Below are positions 10,701 through 19,090 of a stretch of DNA of 64,000 nucleotides, piece by piece. Source of the stretch: Spirochaetes bacterium ADurb.BinA120 (GTDB taxonomy: Bacteria > Spirochaetota > UBA4802 > UBA5368); assembly GCA_002069125.1 (NCBI GenBank), contig MVZN01000008.1, forward strand, positions 5,643 through 69,642, written 5' to 3'. Each line of letters opens with the position of its first letter. The stretch's first letter is position 1. The translations under genes and the position numbers were made by a program. The notes below the pieces were generated by a model, which saw only the letters and a program-made list of their open reading frames with translations, ran no database searches and was not told the DNA's origin.

Positions 10701-10801
10701 ACATGGCCCGCGCCTTCAAGGAGCGGAGCGAGCCAATTAGGCCCATCCTCGACGAAAACATCCCCTTCAGTCTGGGAGTGTACAGCAAGGAGATGCGCTG
10801 A
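7703..10801 (+). CDS. Membrane-anchored TPR-repeat protein with a roughly 450-aa acidic, Pro/Glu/Asp-rich N-terminal region
   Basis: The 1033-aa ORF begins GTG 7700 then ATG 7703. The N-terminal low-complexity acidic region is followed by one predicted TM helix (IGAIAALAAFTVTILSYQFIY) and multiple TPR-like repeats (YNAYGRAY, YGIGNAYMHLGQY, YNLGRIDYMNGRY). Confidence 0.7.
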   Translation: MGDSEERTAYTPEEQNEIDRILGLLPGEQTEKGPAEAAQGPPSGEPGGFEDELDLSSDLVELDETPPPASDEIEDITDIIEMVEEPPADEVADLEEIGFDEAAVEVPTEIEAPPGEEPAALEEAPSPPKKVGKARTSIEELDELTSMEPESVDLQDVSDDRYVEEAEAQRGPIAEEAAGPEESIDSFDMDLGPIEEPFQAPPEVHIEKEPEFDIGALSDISVEEMQDMPEAGAADIPEIDLGDMVPESDLPSSPPPAADFMGDFQDEGIPEPLSMEETPPQARRAAPSPDLDIGMEQEEIIPGIGRIEEAVSTEEIPDVEEEPPPEVEKPRKGRARAREEEEDDLSERDIKRLKKALLLFHPALRKAVKEAILNDILPPRDSRQLIDMILSGKSEESINRFLEGKLGRSIDISEGPAPGRRVLTSRPEYTREGLERQKRLFKATRIGAIAALAAFTVTILSYQFIYKPVMAKRLIKEGVALIREQGDPVTKKVKDYEKAETLFSRVDNDYAKDYLPGYNAYGRAYLDRREFELALGKLERANKINPVDIETLNNLGYFYSRVPEGVYNRIKKADEKESRLDKAIKYYKYVLNRKPGNETALYGIGNAYMHLGQYVKARQYYEDILKQDSKSVVGHSGLLNLYIERDVMPRVMSIHSDLVDKKMLTDLPSPLLGKLAAYYIGKKRTDSVNIRVDYGVQSTRFKDPADNPFPAAKAVLEALHQKDPHYAQQYVLYARLNRGEGNLKLMENYAEKACKEMPNYFAALHLLGEYHYLVKEPAKAYGLFREAVKAHGSPPDFTLEDFYYKTENLGNTYFLMGNIFYYFFDKVRYRFGDELEEEPLDAELEQQANYTIAREKYEAALKEGFESPELFYNLGRIDYMNGRYEAALNRWLALNEESVDSPEVMLAMGNAFYHLDNLQAGRGEYLKLISIFERQAESISKVFPDRADHVKIFQTLATAYNNLGAIYELRKDETRSNVSYWKAIDYAKRIDRENEFARVNMARAFKERSEPIRPILDENIPFSLGVYSKEMR

Positions 10802-10807
10802 GGCGTC

Positions 10808-10840
10808 CCGGGAAGGCCCACGGCCTTCCCAAAAAAAAAC
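10808..10840 (+). terminator. GC-rich hairpin (gggaaggcc-cacg-ggccttccc) followed by an A9 tract
   Basis: Perfect 9-bp stem lies 7 nt after the TPR gene stop. It is followed by A9 rather than a U-tract on the plus transcript, so it is a non-canonical terminator or RNA-stability hairpin. Confidence 0.3.
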
Positions 10841-10868
10841 TTGTAAATCCCGCGGCCGGCCGTATTAT
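10841..10868 (+). promoter_or_regulatory. Candidate sigma70-type promoter (TTGTAA, 16 nt, TATTAT) upstream of the SNF2 helicase gene
   Basis: Hexamers lie at 10841-10846 and 10863-10868 with 16-nt spacing, about 110 nt upstream of the helicase start. Confidence 0.35.
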
Positions 10869-10979
10869 GTCGCATTCGCATAATCCAATCCAGATCGTTT
10901 TTGCCCGGGCATATCCAGGCGTGGCTCCTACAGGGGCCTTTTTTACGGCAGCGCCGGTATGCCGGGCGTGGAAAAAGGA

Positions 10980-13799
10980 ATGAAACCGGAGATATCGACA
11001 ACAGCCGAAGACCTATTCACGTTCGTGCCGGAGGAACCGGCCGAATACGGTATACAGGGCGAGGACGAAATCCGCTCGCTTCTGGAAGCCGGAATCCTTC
11101 CTGCCGGCCGGCGCTTCGAGCTGCGCGCGGAGTCCTGCGCTCTTCGCCTTGCCCACGCCAACGACAAGATACTCTCGCTCTCCAATTCACGCACGCGCAT
11201 ACTGGCCCACCAGGTCGAGAGCACGCACCGCATCGTGAACAGCCTCAACAAGCGCTTCATAATAGCCGACGAGGTCGGTCTGGGCAAGACCATAGAGGCG
11301 GGGCTGGTCATCAAGGAGCTCGTCTACCGTCACGCGTATTCAAGGATACTCATTGTCGCCCCCGCGTCTCTACTTCTTCAGTGGCAGCACGAGATGGAAA
11401 ACAAGTTCAACGAGCGCTTCGAGGTGCTCGACCGGCGCTTCATCCGCCGCGCGGAGGCCCTGTGGGGGCGCGGGTCCAACCCCTGGCAGTATTGCGAAAA
11501 GGCGATATGCTCGCTTGACTTCATCAAGAACAGGGCGTTCGGCGAGGCCCTGGCCTCCTCCCGATGGGACGCGGTCATTTTCGACGAGGCGCACCGCCTG
11601 CGCCGCGATTCGCAGCGCAGCACGCTGGCGTATAATGTCGCCGAGGTCCTGTCGCGCAATGCGCGCTCTCTTCTTCTACTTACGGCGACCCCGTTCCGCG
11701 GAAAAATCGAGGAGCTCTACTATCTGGCGCGGCTCGTAGACAAAAACCTTCTGGGCCCGTTCCAGACCTTTTATAACCGATTTTGCGCGGACGACGCCGA
11801 CCTTGCGGAGCTTCGCGACCGCCTTTCGTCGGTGCTCATCCGCCGGACCAAAAAGGAGGTCGGAGGTTTTACCCGTCGCTACGCACGCACGGTGCGTTTC
11901 GAACTGTACCCCGAAGAGCGCGAGCTCTATGACGCGACCACCCGCTATGTGGTCGAGGAGTTCAACAGGGCCATGCAGTCGGAAAACAGGGCGGTGGGAT
12001 TTGTCATGACCGTATTCCAGAAACTCCTCGACTCCTCCTCTTACGCGCTTCTCTCCGCGCTTGCAAAGAGGCGGGACAACCTTGCAGGCATGCTCGAGCG
12101 CGCCGAATCCCTCCTCGGGACGGATGGGTTCGATCCCGATGACGCCGACATAGACGACGAAAACGCGGACGAATCGCTTGCCGCGCCCGCCCGTAAAAGC
12201 GCCTCGGAGATTCGCGAGGAGATCGCCACGCTGGACCGCCTGCTCGTTCTCGCTCGCTCCATAGAGCGCAATAAAAAGGGGGAAAAACTATTGTCCCTTC
12301 TGCGCCAGCTTCGCGGGAAGGGATGCGCCAGGTTCGTCATATTCACGCAGTTTCGCACTACCCAGGAGTATCTCCACGGCCTTCTCCGTGGATTTCGGGT
12401 AGCGCTGTTTCACGGATCCATGGACAGGGACGAGAAGGAGAGGGCCATCCTCGAGTTCAAGGAAAACGCAGAGGTGCTCATCTGTACGGAGGCGGGAGGC
12501 GAGGGGCGCAATATGCAGTTCTGCAACGTCCTCATCAATTACGATCTTCCCTGGTCGCCGCTCAAAATCGAGCAGCGTATCGGGAGAATTCACAGGTTCG
12601 GCCAGCCGCACGACGTCTTTATCTACAACTTCTCGACCAGGGATACGGTCGCCGAGCGCGTTCTGGAGGTGCTGGAGAAAAAACTCAGGCTCTTCGAGGA
12701 GTCGATCGGGGTGCCCGACGTTTTGCTTGGCCGGATTGAGGACGAGCTGGCGCTCTCGAGACTGTTCATGGAAATGGCGGTCGGAGGGAGCCCGCGCCGA
12801 AAGCTCCTCGCCGAGATCGACGAAAAGATCGAGAACGCGCGCAGGAGCTATGAAAAGCTCTCCGAACTTACAGTTATGCGAAATATGGATTTCAATTACG
12901 ACGAGTATTACTCCATAACCATGAAAGAGCGGCGGTTCTCCAACCGGCGCATAGAGCGTTTCGTCGAGCGCATGGCCGGGGAGGACGGACTGGTCGGCGA
13001 ATATCTCGGAAGAAGGAGCCCCAGGACAGGGCTTTACAGGATAAAGCGCCTCCACGGCCGCGCGCCCGAGCTTCCGCGCTTCGGAAGTTTCGACAGCAGG
13101 GTGGCGCTCGAAAACGAGGGAATGGAGTTTCTCGCCTTCGGACACCATATAGTGGACACCCTCTTCGAGCGATGCGTTTCCGACGACTTCGGCGGAAAGA
13201 CCGGCGTCAAGCAGATACGGTATCGTCAACCATACAGTGGCATGGTCTTCTGTTATCTGGTCACGTTCAACGCGCATTCGAAGACGCAGGAGCTCTTCGT
13301 GGTGGCGTCCGACGGAACAGGAAGGGGGGAGGGAGACCTCGATGAGATCGAAAGGGAGTTTATAGAACAGGAGGGGATGGAACTCGATTCCGATGAGCTT
13401 AAAAGCCAGGTCCAGGCCGTCATGGCGAATATGGATCGATGCTTCGAGGAGTCGCGCCTGAGGCTGTGGAAAAGGGTGGAGCGCAGGCTCGACGAGCTGC
13501 GGGAAACCCTGGGGCTGTCGATGGATCCGGAAATCGAAAAGATAACCGAGGCGTCCGAAAGCCGAATAAGGGAGCTTTCGGAACAACTCGAGCGGCAGGA
13601 ATGCAGGCAGAAGTGGTTCGGCAAGGACATGCGCGGCGCGCTCACCCGCACGAGGAATGAGATCGCACAGGTGGAGCTGGAGCGGGATAGGCTGCTTTCA
13701 GCCTGCAGGCGCTACCGTGAGGCGAAACCGGAGGCGCGGCTTGTGTGCGCCGGGGTACTGATCGCCCTTCCCGAAACGTTCAGCTCAAATGCTTCTTGA
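10980..13799 (+). CDS. SNF2-family ATP-dependent helicase, RapA/HepA-like (RNA polymerase-associated)
   Basis: SNF2_N motifs (IIADEVGLGKTIEAG; DEAH-like VIFDEAH; LLLTATP) and helicase C motif (YDLPWSPLKIEQRIGRIHRFGQ). Size and domain order resemble RapA. The ATG at 10980 is preceded by an AAAGGA RBS; the ORF-track start is 10959. Confidence 0.7.
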   Translation: MKPEISTTAEDLFTFVPEEPAEYGIQGEDEIRSLLEAGILPAGRRFELRAESCALRLAHANDKILSLSNSRTRILAHQVESTHRIVNSLNKRFIIADEVGLGKTIEAGLVIKELVYRHAYSRILIVAPASLLLQWQHEMENKFNERFEVLDRRFIRRAEALWGRGSNPWQYCEKAICSLDFIKNRAFGEALASSRWDAVIFDEAHRLRRDSQRSTLAYNVAEVLSRNARSLLLLTATPFRGKIEELYYLARLVDKNLLGPFQTFYNRFCADDADLAELRDRLSSVLIRRTKKEVGGFTRRYARTVRFELYPEERELYDATTRYVVEEFNRAMQSENRAVGFVMTVFQKLLDSSSYALLSALAKRRDNLAGMLERAESLLGTDGFDPDDADIDDENADESLAAPARKSASEIREEIATLDRLLVLARSIERNKKGEKLLSLLRQLRGKGCARFVIFTQFRTTQEYLHGLLRGFRVALFHGSMDRDEKERAILEFKENAEVLICTEAGGEGRNMQFCNVLINYDLPWSPLKIEQRIGRIHRFGQPHDVFIYNFSTRDTVAERVLEVLEKKLRLFEESIGVPDVLLGRIEDELALSRLFMEMAVGGSPRRKLLAEIDEKIENARRSYEKLSELTVMRNMDFNYDEYYSITMKERRFSNRRIERFVERMAGEDGLVGEYLGRRSPRTGLYRIKRLHGRAPELPRFGSFDSRVALENEGMEFLAFGHHIVDTLFERCVSDDFGGKTGVKQIRYRQPYSGMVFCYLVTFNAHSKTQELFVVASDGTGRGEGDLDEIEREFIEQEGMELDSDELKSQVQAVMANMDRCFEESRLRLWKRVERRLDELRETLGLSMDPEIEKITEASESRIRELSEQLERQECRQKWFGKDMRGALTRTRNEIAQVELERDRLLSACRRYREAKPEARLVCAGVLIALPETFSSNAS

Positions 13800-14100
13800 A
13801 GGCCTCGATGTCCTTCTTCGAGGCATCGAGGAATTCTATGCCCATTCCGGCCTTGCTGTCTTCCGACTCATCCTCGCGTTTCCAGCGAATGACGCCCTTT
13901 AGATTTATGGGTTCCTCGCCGGGGACGTACAGCGCGAGTTCTACCCGGGAGCCCTCTTCCATAGGCTCGGGGGTGGTTATGAACAGCCCGCCCGAGCTGA
14001 GGTCGAATGTCGCGCTGAGCGTGAGCCCCTGGTCGGAATGGACCTCCGTTTTCATGCGTTTTTGAAGCCTGTTGTGTTTCCTTTTCTCTTCCATGATCAT
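13780..14100 (-). CDS. PilZ domain protein (c-di-GMP binding)
   Basis: RxxxR...DxSxGG pattern (KRKHNRLQKR ... DLSSGGLFI). It is 106 aa and overlaps the helicase 3' end by 20 nt on the convergent strand. Confidence 0.65.
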   Translation of the reverse strand: MIMEEKRKHNRLQKRMKTEVHSDQGLTLSATFDLSSGGLFITTPEPMEEGSRVELALYVPGEEPINLKGVIRWKREDESEDSKAGMGIEFLDASKKDIEAFKKHLS

Positions 14101-14322
14101 TTCCCCGATAACGAGTGTAACGCCCTCTCCGCCGCGGCCGTCAGAACGGAAAAGCCCGTATTCCGGCGTTTTCCGCCGCGGGCGGCCGATATTTCATTTC
14201 CCTGTTCCAGCCATTCGTAACTATATACATATTGACAAATAATACAATAATTTTTTTACTTCGTATCATGCGATAAGCGGAAGTCAAATGCGCATCGCTG
14301 TTCGATAAATACGGCGCGGATA

Positions 14323-14919
14323 ATGAACGACAGATCTCTTCCCATAATTTATCTGCAGAGGCAGGTGGTGTTCCCCTATTGCAACCTTTCATTCAGGTCG
14401 GCCGGCCGGAATCTCGCCGGAATAGGCCAGGGGGACAGGGTGGTGGCGCTTCCGGTGCGCACCGTGCTTGACGGCCTGTTTCCTCGAGGAAAGCCGGCCA
14501 CCCTCTCGGAGGTGGTGGAGATAAAGCGGGAGGAGGGGGCCTGGAACCTTCAGCTCAAGGGCATCTCCAGGGTGACCGTCCTTCGCGCAATGAAGTTCCG
14601 TACGGCCGAATACGAGCCTATCGAGGAGGCGGAGCGCCCCGGGCAGGAACGGCTGCGTGAGGGCCTCAGGAAGAAGTCACAGGAACTAATCTTTCTGATA
14701 AACGTCAACGAGTCCGACAAGCTGATCCATCTCCTCAATTTTCTGGTCAGTCTCACGCAGCTTGCAGATTTTGTATCGAATTATTTCATATTGAAATTTC
14801 CGCGAAGGTACGAGGTGTTCGCCGAGAGGGACGTCGAATTGAGGGCGAGAAAGCTATTGTTTGTGCTCGACGAGCTGATATCGGACCTCAAGGCCAAAAG
14901 GGAAAGGGAACGTCAATGA
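14323..14919 (+). CDS. Stand-alone Lon protease N-terminal (LON substrate-binding) domain protein
   Basis: LPIIYLQRQVVFPY start typical of the LON N domain, no ATPase or protease domain, 198 aa. Confidence 0.55.
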   Translation: MNDRSLPIIYLQRQVVFPYCNLSFRSAGRNLAGIGQGDRVVALPVRTVLDGLFPRGKPATLSEVVEIKREEGAWNLQLKGISRVTVLRAMKFRTAEYEPIEEAERPGQERLREGLRKKSQELIFLINVNESDKLIHLLNFLVSLTQLADFVSNYFILKFPRRYEVFAERDVELRARKLLFVLDELISDLKAKRERERQ

Positions 14920-15380
14920 AAAAGACAGTGGTAAACGACGATGTTTTCTACACCATTGCCTGGTCACGCCTTATAGAATACGATAAGCATTCGGCCTCGA
15001 GGATCCTTCCCGAGATGCCGGGCATACTCTGCCTCATGGAACGGCTTGCCGGCGGCGCGATGGAATATCTCATCTTCTATAGCTGCTGGCGTGACGGACT
15101 TCGAATGGCCCTAAAGAATTTTCTCGATCCGGACTTCAGCAAATTCCCCGAAATCAACGCCAGTATTAAAAGGCGGGGCCTTTTTTATAAATACACCGTT
15201 ATCGATACCAATATACAGGACATGCAGGACGTCATGTTCTGGCTGATCAGAACCTATAAGCCCGAGTTCAACGCGCTGGAGGGATTCGGGGACTCGAAGC
15301 GCTACAGGAACATATCGATACGGGAGATGGACCTAGGGGAAAACAGCGTAATAGAGCGGCTTCCAAAAACCGGGCTCTGA
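14916..15380 (+). CDS. Hypothetical protein, translationally coupled to the Lon-N domain gene (ATGA overlap)
   Basis: 154-aa ORF with a 4-nt start/stop overlap with the upstream gene. No recognisable motif. Confidence 0.45.
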   Translation: MKKTVVNDDVFYTIAWSRLIEYDKHSASRILPEMPGILCLMERLAGGAMEYLIFYSCWRDGLRMALKNFLDPDFSKFPEINASIKRRGLFYKYTVIDTNIQDMQDVMFWLIRTYKPEFNALEGFGDSKRYRNISIREMDLGENSVIERLPKTGL

Positions 15381-15386
15381 GGCTTC

Positions 15387-16034
15387 CTACCGCCGTTCCG
15401 GCGCGAGCCTGAGCTCCTCCTCGGTAAATATATGCGAGACGTTCCGGTTCAGCGCGATGAATTCCAGCACGTATTTGAGCCGGCAGGCCGCGTCGAGCGG
15501 GGACGCGACGCTGTTGTCGGTGCGGGGTGATGCCTGCATTATCCGCTTCACGTTTACGCTCCTCGTGTCCGGGTCGGACTCGAAAACGTCGGAACGAAAG
15601 CGAATATATGTTTCGTAGATCGAGCGGATTATATCGTCGGAGCGTATAAGCCATGCGACGTGCAGGTTCGAGTCCGAATCGTGCATGTTTCTGGTAAAAA
15701 ATTTAAGTATCTTGAGCACAATTTCCGGGTAGAGATGCTCGTTTACCAGCTCTATGACCCTGGACTCGAGCTCGGGATCGATCATTCTCATCGAAGGGTA
15801 GGCGAGGCTCGGTATGTACGGAATGCCGGTCCTGGCCTTGAATGCCGCATAGTCCAGGAACCGGTCCAGCGAGTCCTTCCGCATTATGTCGGTGTCCCGG
15901 AAGGTGTCCTCCAACAGGACGGAGGCGATCGTCTCCAGGTCGCGTTCCTTGAGCAGGTTTTCGATATGGATCGAACGGCTGGCCTCGAGCGCCGCCGTTA
16001 GTTCCGTCACGCTTCCGTTGAGATATTCACCCAT
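15387..16034 (-). CDS. Hypothetical protein
   Basis: 215-aa ORF with coding-like composition and no recognisable motif. Confidence 0.45.
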   Translation of the reverse strand: MGEYLNGSVTELTAALEASRSIHIENLLKERDLETIASVLLEDTFRDTDIMRKDSLDRFLDYAAFKARTGIPYIPSLAYPSMRMIDPELESRVIELVNEHLYPEIVLKILKFFTRNMHDSDSNLHVAWLIRSDDIIRSIYETYIRFRSDVFESDPDTRSVNVKRIMQASPRTDNSVASPLDAACRLKYVLEFIALNRNVSHIFTEEELRLAPERR

Positions 16035-16054
16035 CGTTTCGACGCATGCTCGAA

Positions 16055-16894
16055 TTAAAAATGCCGGCGTACGGCAAGCCGTGCCGAACGCTGGAAGGGC
16101 TCCCTGCTGTTGTATTCGTATACATTGCGGACGGAGGATACCAGGGAGTACTGGTATACCGTAAATTCCGCCAGGCTGAATACCGCCATCCTGAATTTAT
16201 TATCGTCCCGCCACGCGTCGTAAATTAGATAGATTAAGGCGGAGTTGGTTAAAAGGGCAAGTAGGCCCTCCAGATATTTTCCGGTATAGAAGTGTCCGAA
16301 GCCTGGAATGAGAATGGAACCTCCAATAGAAAGCGCCAGGTTTTTCCGCGGGCGCTCGATCTCCTCGTCCATGAGCCTCTGAAGCTCGCGCGCCCGGTCC
16401 GCGAAGGCGCCGTCAGGAAAGGAGGCCCCATACGCCGCGAGCGCCGTCCCGGCCCCCTCGAAATCCAACTGAAGCGCCATGGCGTAACAGGCGTCTATTT
16501 CCGCCTCCTCCCGGCCGGGCCCTTCAGGATAGACGTACAGGTATTCCTGATAGGTGCGGAGCGCGAAAAACGGCGAGCCGGTCATAAGACGGATGTATCC
16601 CAGCGAAAGGAGGGCCTTCCGTCCCTCGGGCGCCGATCGGTATGACTGGTAGCAGAGCCTGAAGGATTCCGAGGCTTCGTAGTAATTGCCTCCCCTGTAG
16701 CTGGCCTCCCCGGAGAGGAGGAGCGAGGCCGGTACAAGCGGCCCGTCGGGGTTAAGATGGCGGTATCGCATCCCCTCGGTGACGGCCGAATAGTAGTCGC
16801 CGCTTTTCAGGTTCGCCCTCATGAGCGCTATAATGTCTTCACCCTCGGCGTAAAGCCTCAGCGGGAGCGTGCAGAGGAATATAATGACCGCCAT
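16055..16894 (-). CDS. TPR-like/membrane protein, paralog B of a tandem pair
   Basis: Signal-like N-terminus (MAVIIFLCTLPLRLYA), TPR-like helical region and C-terminal hydrophobic hairpin (LSIGGSILIPGFGHFYTG...EYNSREPF). Architecture and C-terminal motifs match the upstream paralog. Confidence 0.5.
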   Translation of the reverse strand: MAVIIFLCTLPLRLYAEGEDIIALMRANLKSGDYYSAVTEGMRYRHLNPDGPLVPASLLLSGEASYRGGNYYEASESFRLCYQSYRSAPEGRKALLSLGYIRLMTGSPFFALRTYQEYLYVYPEGPGREEAEIDACYAMALQLDFEGAGTALAAYGASFPDGAFADRARELQRLMDEEIERPRKNLALSIGGSILIPGFGHFYTGKYLEGLLALLTNSALIYLIYDAWRDDNKFRMAVFSLAEFTVYQYSLVSSVRNVYEYNSREPFQRSARLAVRRHF

Positions 16895-16942
16895 TCCCGC
16901 GGCGCGGGCGGCGCTTTCGGCGCGGAGCCACATCGGCGCTAC

Positions 16943-17854
16943 CTATCTAAGCGGTCCCGGCAGGTCGCCGTTGCGATATGGCCGGTATTCTGGTATTAAG
17001 CTTTGCGCCTCCGAGGCGAATCGTTCGTTTTGGGACCTGTTGTATTCCCCGGCGGCGTTCCACGCGCCGTATATGCCGCCGCCGTAGGCAAGGGCCGTAA
17101 AAAAGCCAAGCGTAAACGCGACACCGCGATGCCCCGCCCTCCAGGTGAGGACGGAGCCGGCCCCCAGAGCGAGCACCGCAGCCGCGCTGAGAAGGGCGTC
17201 GGCCGTTCTTCCGGCATAGGCCTGTCCCGCGCCCGGAAAGACGGCTGAAAGCGCGGCGGCAAGGCTCCTCGAGCGCGATGCAAGCGCGTCGTGCGACGCG
17301 AGGCGGTCCCGCAGTGAAGGCAGAACGGAATCCGGATGGAGCGCCGCCCCCTCGCGCGCCTTTTCGTACGCCGAGGCGAAATCGCCCGCCAGGAGGCGGA
17401 TCTCCACGGAGCGGACGAAGAGCTCCCCATCGACCGCTCTTCCCGGCGGAGAGGCCGCGTCGTTCAGCGCGCGCACGGCCTCGGCATAGGACCCAAGCCG
17501 GGCAAGGGCCTGGGAGTACAGCATCAGGGCGTCGTTATCGCGTTTTTCGTTGCGAGCCTGTAGATTTCGCACCACGGTTCGGTATTGCCCGGCGAGGTAG
17601 TAATTGACATTAATGAAGTGCTCGAGCTCGCGTTCATGGGCCGCCGGCAGAAGGCCCATGAGCCTTCTGGTCTCGGCTATGCACTCGAAATGCCGACCCT
17701 CGCGGTACAGGGAGCGGACAAAGGCGGATTGAAATCCCACCAAATTGTCCGCGGCGGTCGCCGGGTCCCCGGATAGCGCCGCAATGGCCGACAGGGCCGC
17801 GAGAAGCCCCCGCAGGGCGCATCCGGTGAGAACTGACGTTAGGCGCATGTGCAC
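16943..17854 (-). CDS. TPR-like/membrane protein, paralog A of a tandem pair
   Basis: Signal-like N-terminus, helical repeat region and C-terminal hydrophobic hairpin (LSAVFPGAGQAYAGR...EYNRSQNERF) similar to paralog B. It starts 3 nt after the yidD stop. Confidence 0.5.
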   Translation of the reverse strand: MHMRLTSVLTGCALRGLLAALSAIAALSGDPATAADNLVGFQSAFVRSLYREGRHFECIAETRRLMGLLPAAHERELEHFINVNYYLAGQYRTVVRNLQARNEKRDNDALMLYSQALARLGSYAEAVRALNDAASPPGRAVDGELFVRSVEIRLLAGDFASAYEKAREGAALHPDSVLPSLRDRLASHDALASRSRSLAAALSAVFPGAGQAYAGRTADALLSAAAVLALGAGSVLTWRAGHRGVAFTLGFFTALAYGGGIYGAWNAAGEYNRSQNERFASEAQSLIPEYRPYRNGDLPGPLR

Positions 17855-17857
17855 CGG

Positions 17858-18265
17858 CTATCTCCCGAAGATTTCCATGGGCAGCGGGTCCTCCCCCGGA
17901 GGGGTATAGGGGTTGCACCTCAGCACTCGGTCTCCGGCCAATAGCGAGCCGGCGAACATGCCGAAGCGTTCGACCGCCGCGGCCGCGTAGGCGCTGCAGG
18001 TGGGATGGAAGCGGCAGTTCGGACCGTCCTGGGGCGATATCACCACCTGGAAAAACCGTATGAGCAGGTGCCCGGCCGCCTGTGGGGCGCCGTATACCGC
18101 TCGTTCGCGGCGGGGGCCGGAAGGTGTTTTAGGGAGCAGCTCGTCTCCGACCTTGACGTCCGCATTCCATGGGATGAAGTTGTCTTCCGCCGCCGTCTCT
18201 CCCGCCGAGAGCGCAAATGCCGCAAGGACAAGGCAGCATGTTCGCGATATCATCCTCATGCACAT
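17858..18265 (-). CDS. yidD: Membrane protein insertion efficiency factor YidD family protein (with N-terminal extension)
   Basis: Conserved YidD core (ISPQDGPNCRFHPTCSAYAAAAVERFG) preceded by a signal-like hydrophobic N-terminus. Confidence 0.65.
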   Translation of the reverse strand: MCMRMISRTCCLVLAAFALSAGETAAEDNFIPWNADVKVGDELLPKTPSGPRRERAVYGAPQAAGHLLIRFFQVVISPQDGPNCRFHPTCSAYAAAAVERFGMFAGSLLAGDRVLRCNPYTPPGEDPLPMEIFGR

Positions 18266-18275
18266 CGTTCCGAAC

Positions 18276-18899
18276 TCAGGCGTAATAACGCTTCTGTTCC
18301 CTGACGGTCGAGACGGGGAACCTGCCGTAATTGTGTCCGGGCCAGATTTTGGTATCGTCGGGGAGCCGGAGTATGATGTTGACGATGGAATTCATGATCT
18401 CCGACTGGGACCCGCCCGGAAAATCGGTGCGCCCCATGCCCTCGGTAAAAAGGGTGTCGCCGGTAAACAGATTGCCTTCGGCGAGAATACAGATGCCGCC
18501 GGGAGTATGCCCCGGAGTATGGATGATGTCGAGGCTCAGGCGGCCCAGCGGGATGATCTCTCCGCCTTTGAGGAGCCTGACCGGCTCGGGCGAGATCCTG
18601 CCACCAAGGGTGCGGGACAGCACGCGGTTGGGGATGCTTCGCGCCTGTCTGGCGTCCGACTCGTGGATGAGGAGCGTCGCACCTGTCTCCTTGACCGCAC
18701 GGTCGTTTCCCGATGTATGATCCCAGTGGCCGTGCGTGTTAATTATATAGCGCACGGTCGCCCGATGTCGCTGGACCGCGCCGAAAATTGCATCGAAATC
18801 ACCGGCGGGATCGATAAGCGCGGCCTCGCGCGTCTCCTCGTCGCAGAGGAGATAGCAGAATACCGACATCCATGTGACTTCGATCTGTTCGATAATCAT
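18276..18899 (-). CDS. MBL-fold metallo-hydrolase (glyoxalase II-like)
   Basis: HxHxDH motif (INTHGHWDHTSGN) plus downstream His/Asp ligands (HTPGHTPG; GDTLF). The internal Met MIIEQ was chosen as the start. Confidence 0.7.
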   Translation of the reverse strand: MIIEQIEVTWMSVFCYLLCDEETREAALIDPAGDFDAIFGAVQRHRATVRYIINTHGHWDHTSGNDRAVKETGATLLIHESDARQARSIPNRVLSRTLGGRISPEPVRLLKGGEIIPLGRLSLDIIHTPGHTPGGICILAEGNLFTGDTLFTEGMGRTDFPGGSQSEIMNSIVNIILRLPDDTKIWPGHNYGRFPVSTVREQKRYYA

Positions 18900-19090
18900 G
18901 GCGCCATACCCGCGGTGATGTCCCCGTTTTCGAAGTCCGATGGCCGGCCGTAGCGCGGCCATGCCGGAACGACTTTGTATCAGCGGACGGGGGCTTTTGG
19001 CAAGATAAAAAACGGTTGCATTTATCGATTGGCTGGATGAGCGTTTCCGGAAGGATCGTGTTTCACAGCGGAGGAGCGAATACAAAGCGA

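Noticed and set aside
12288-13586. 432-aa minus-strand ORF inside the SNF2 helicase gene
   Set aside because: The helicase frame carries all canonical SNF2 motifs. The antisense ORF has no motif and typical antisense composition.
18000-18953. 317-aa plus-strand ORF
   Set aside because: It lies antisense to the yidD and MBL hydrolase genes, both of which have clear motifs.
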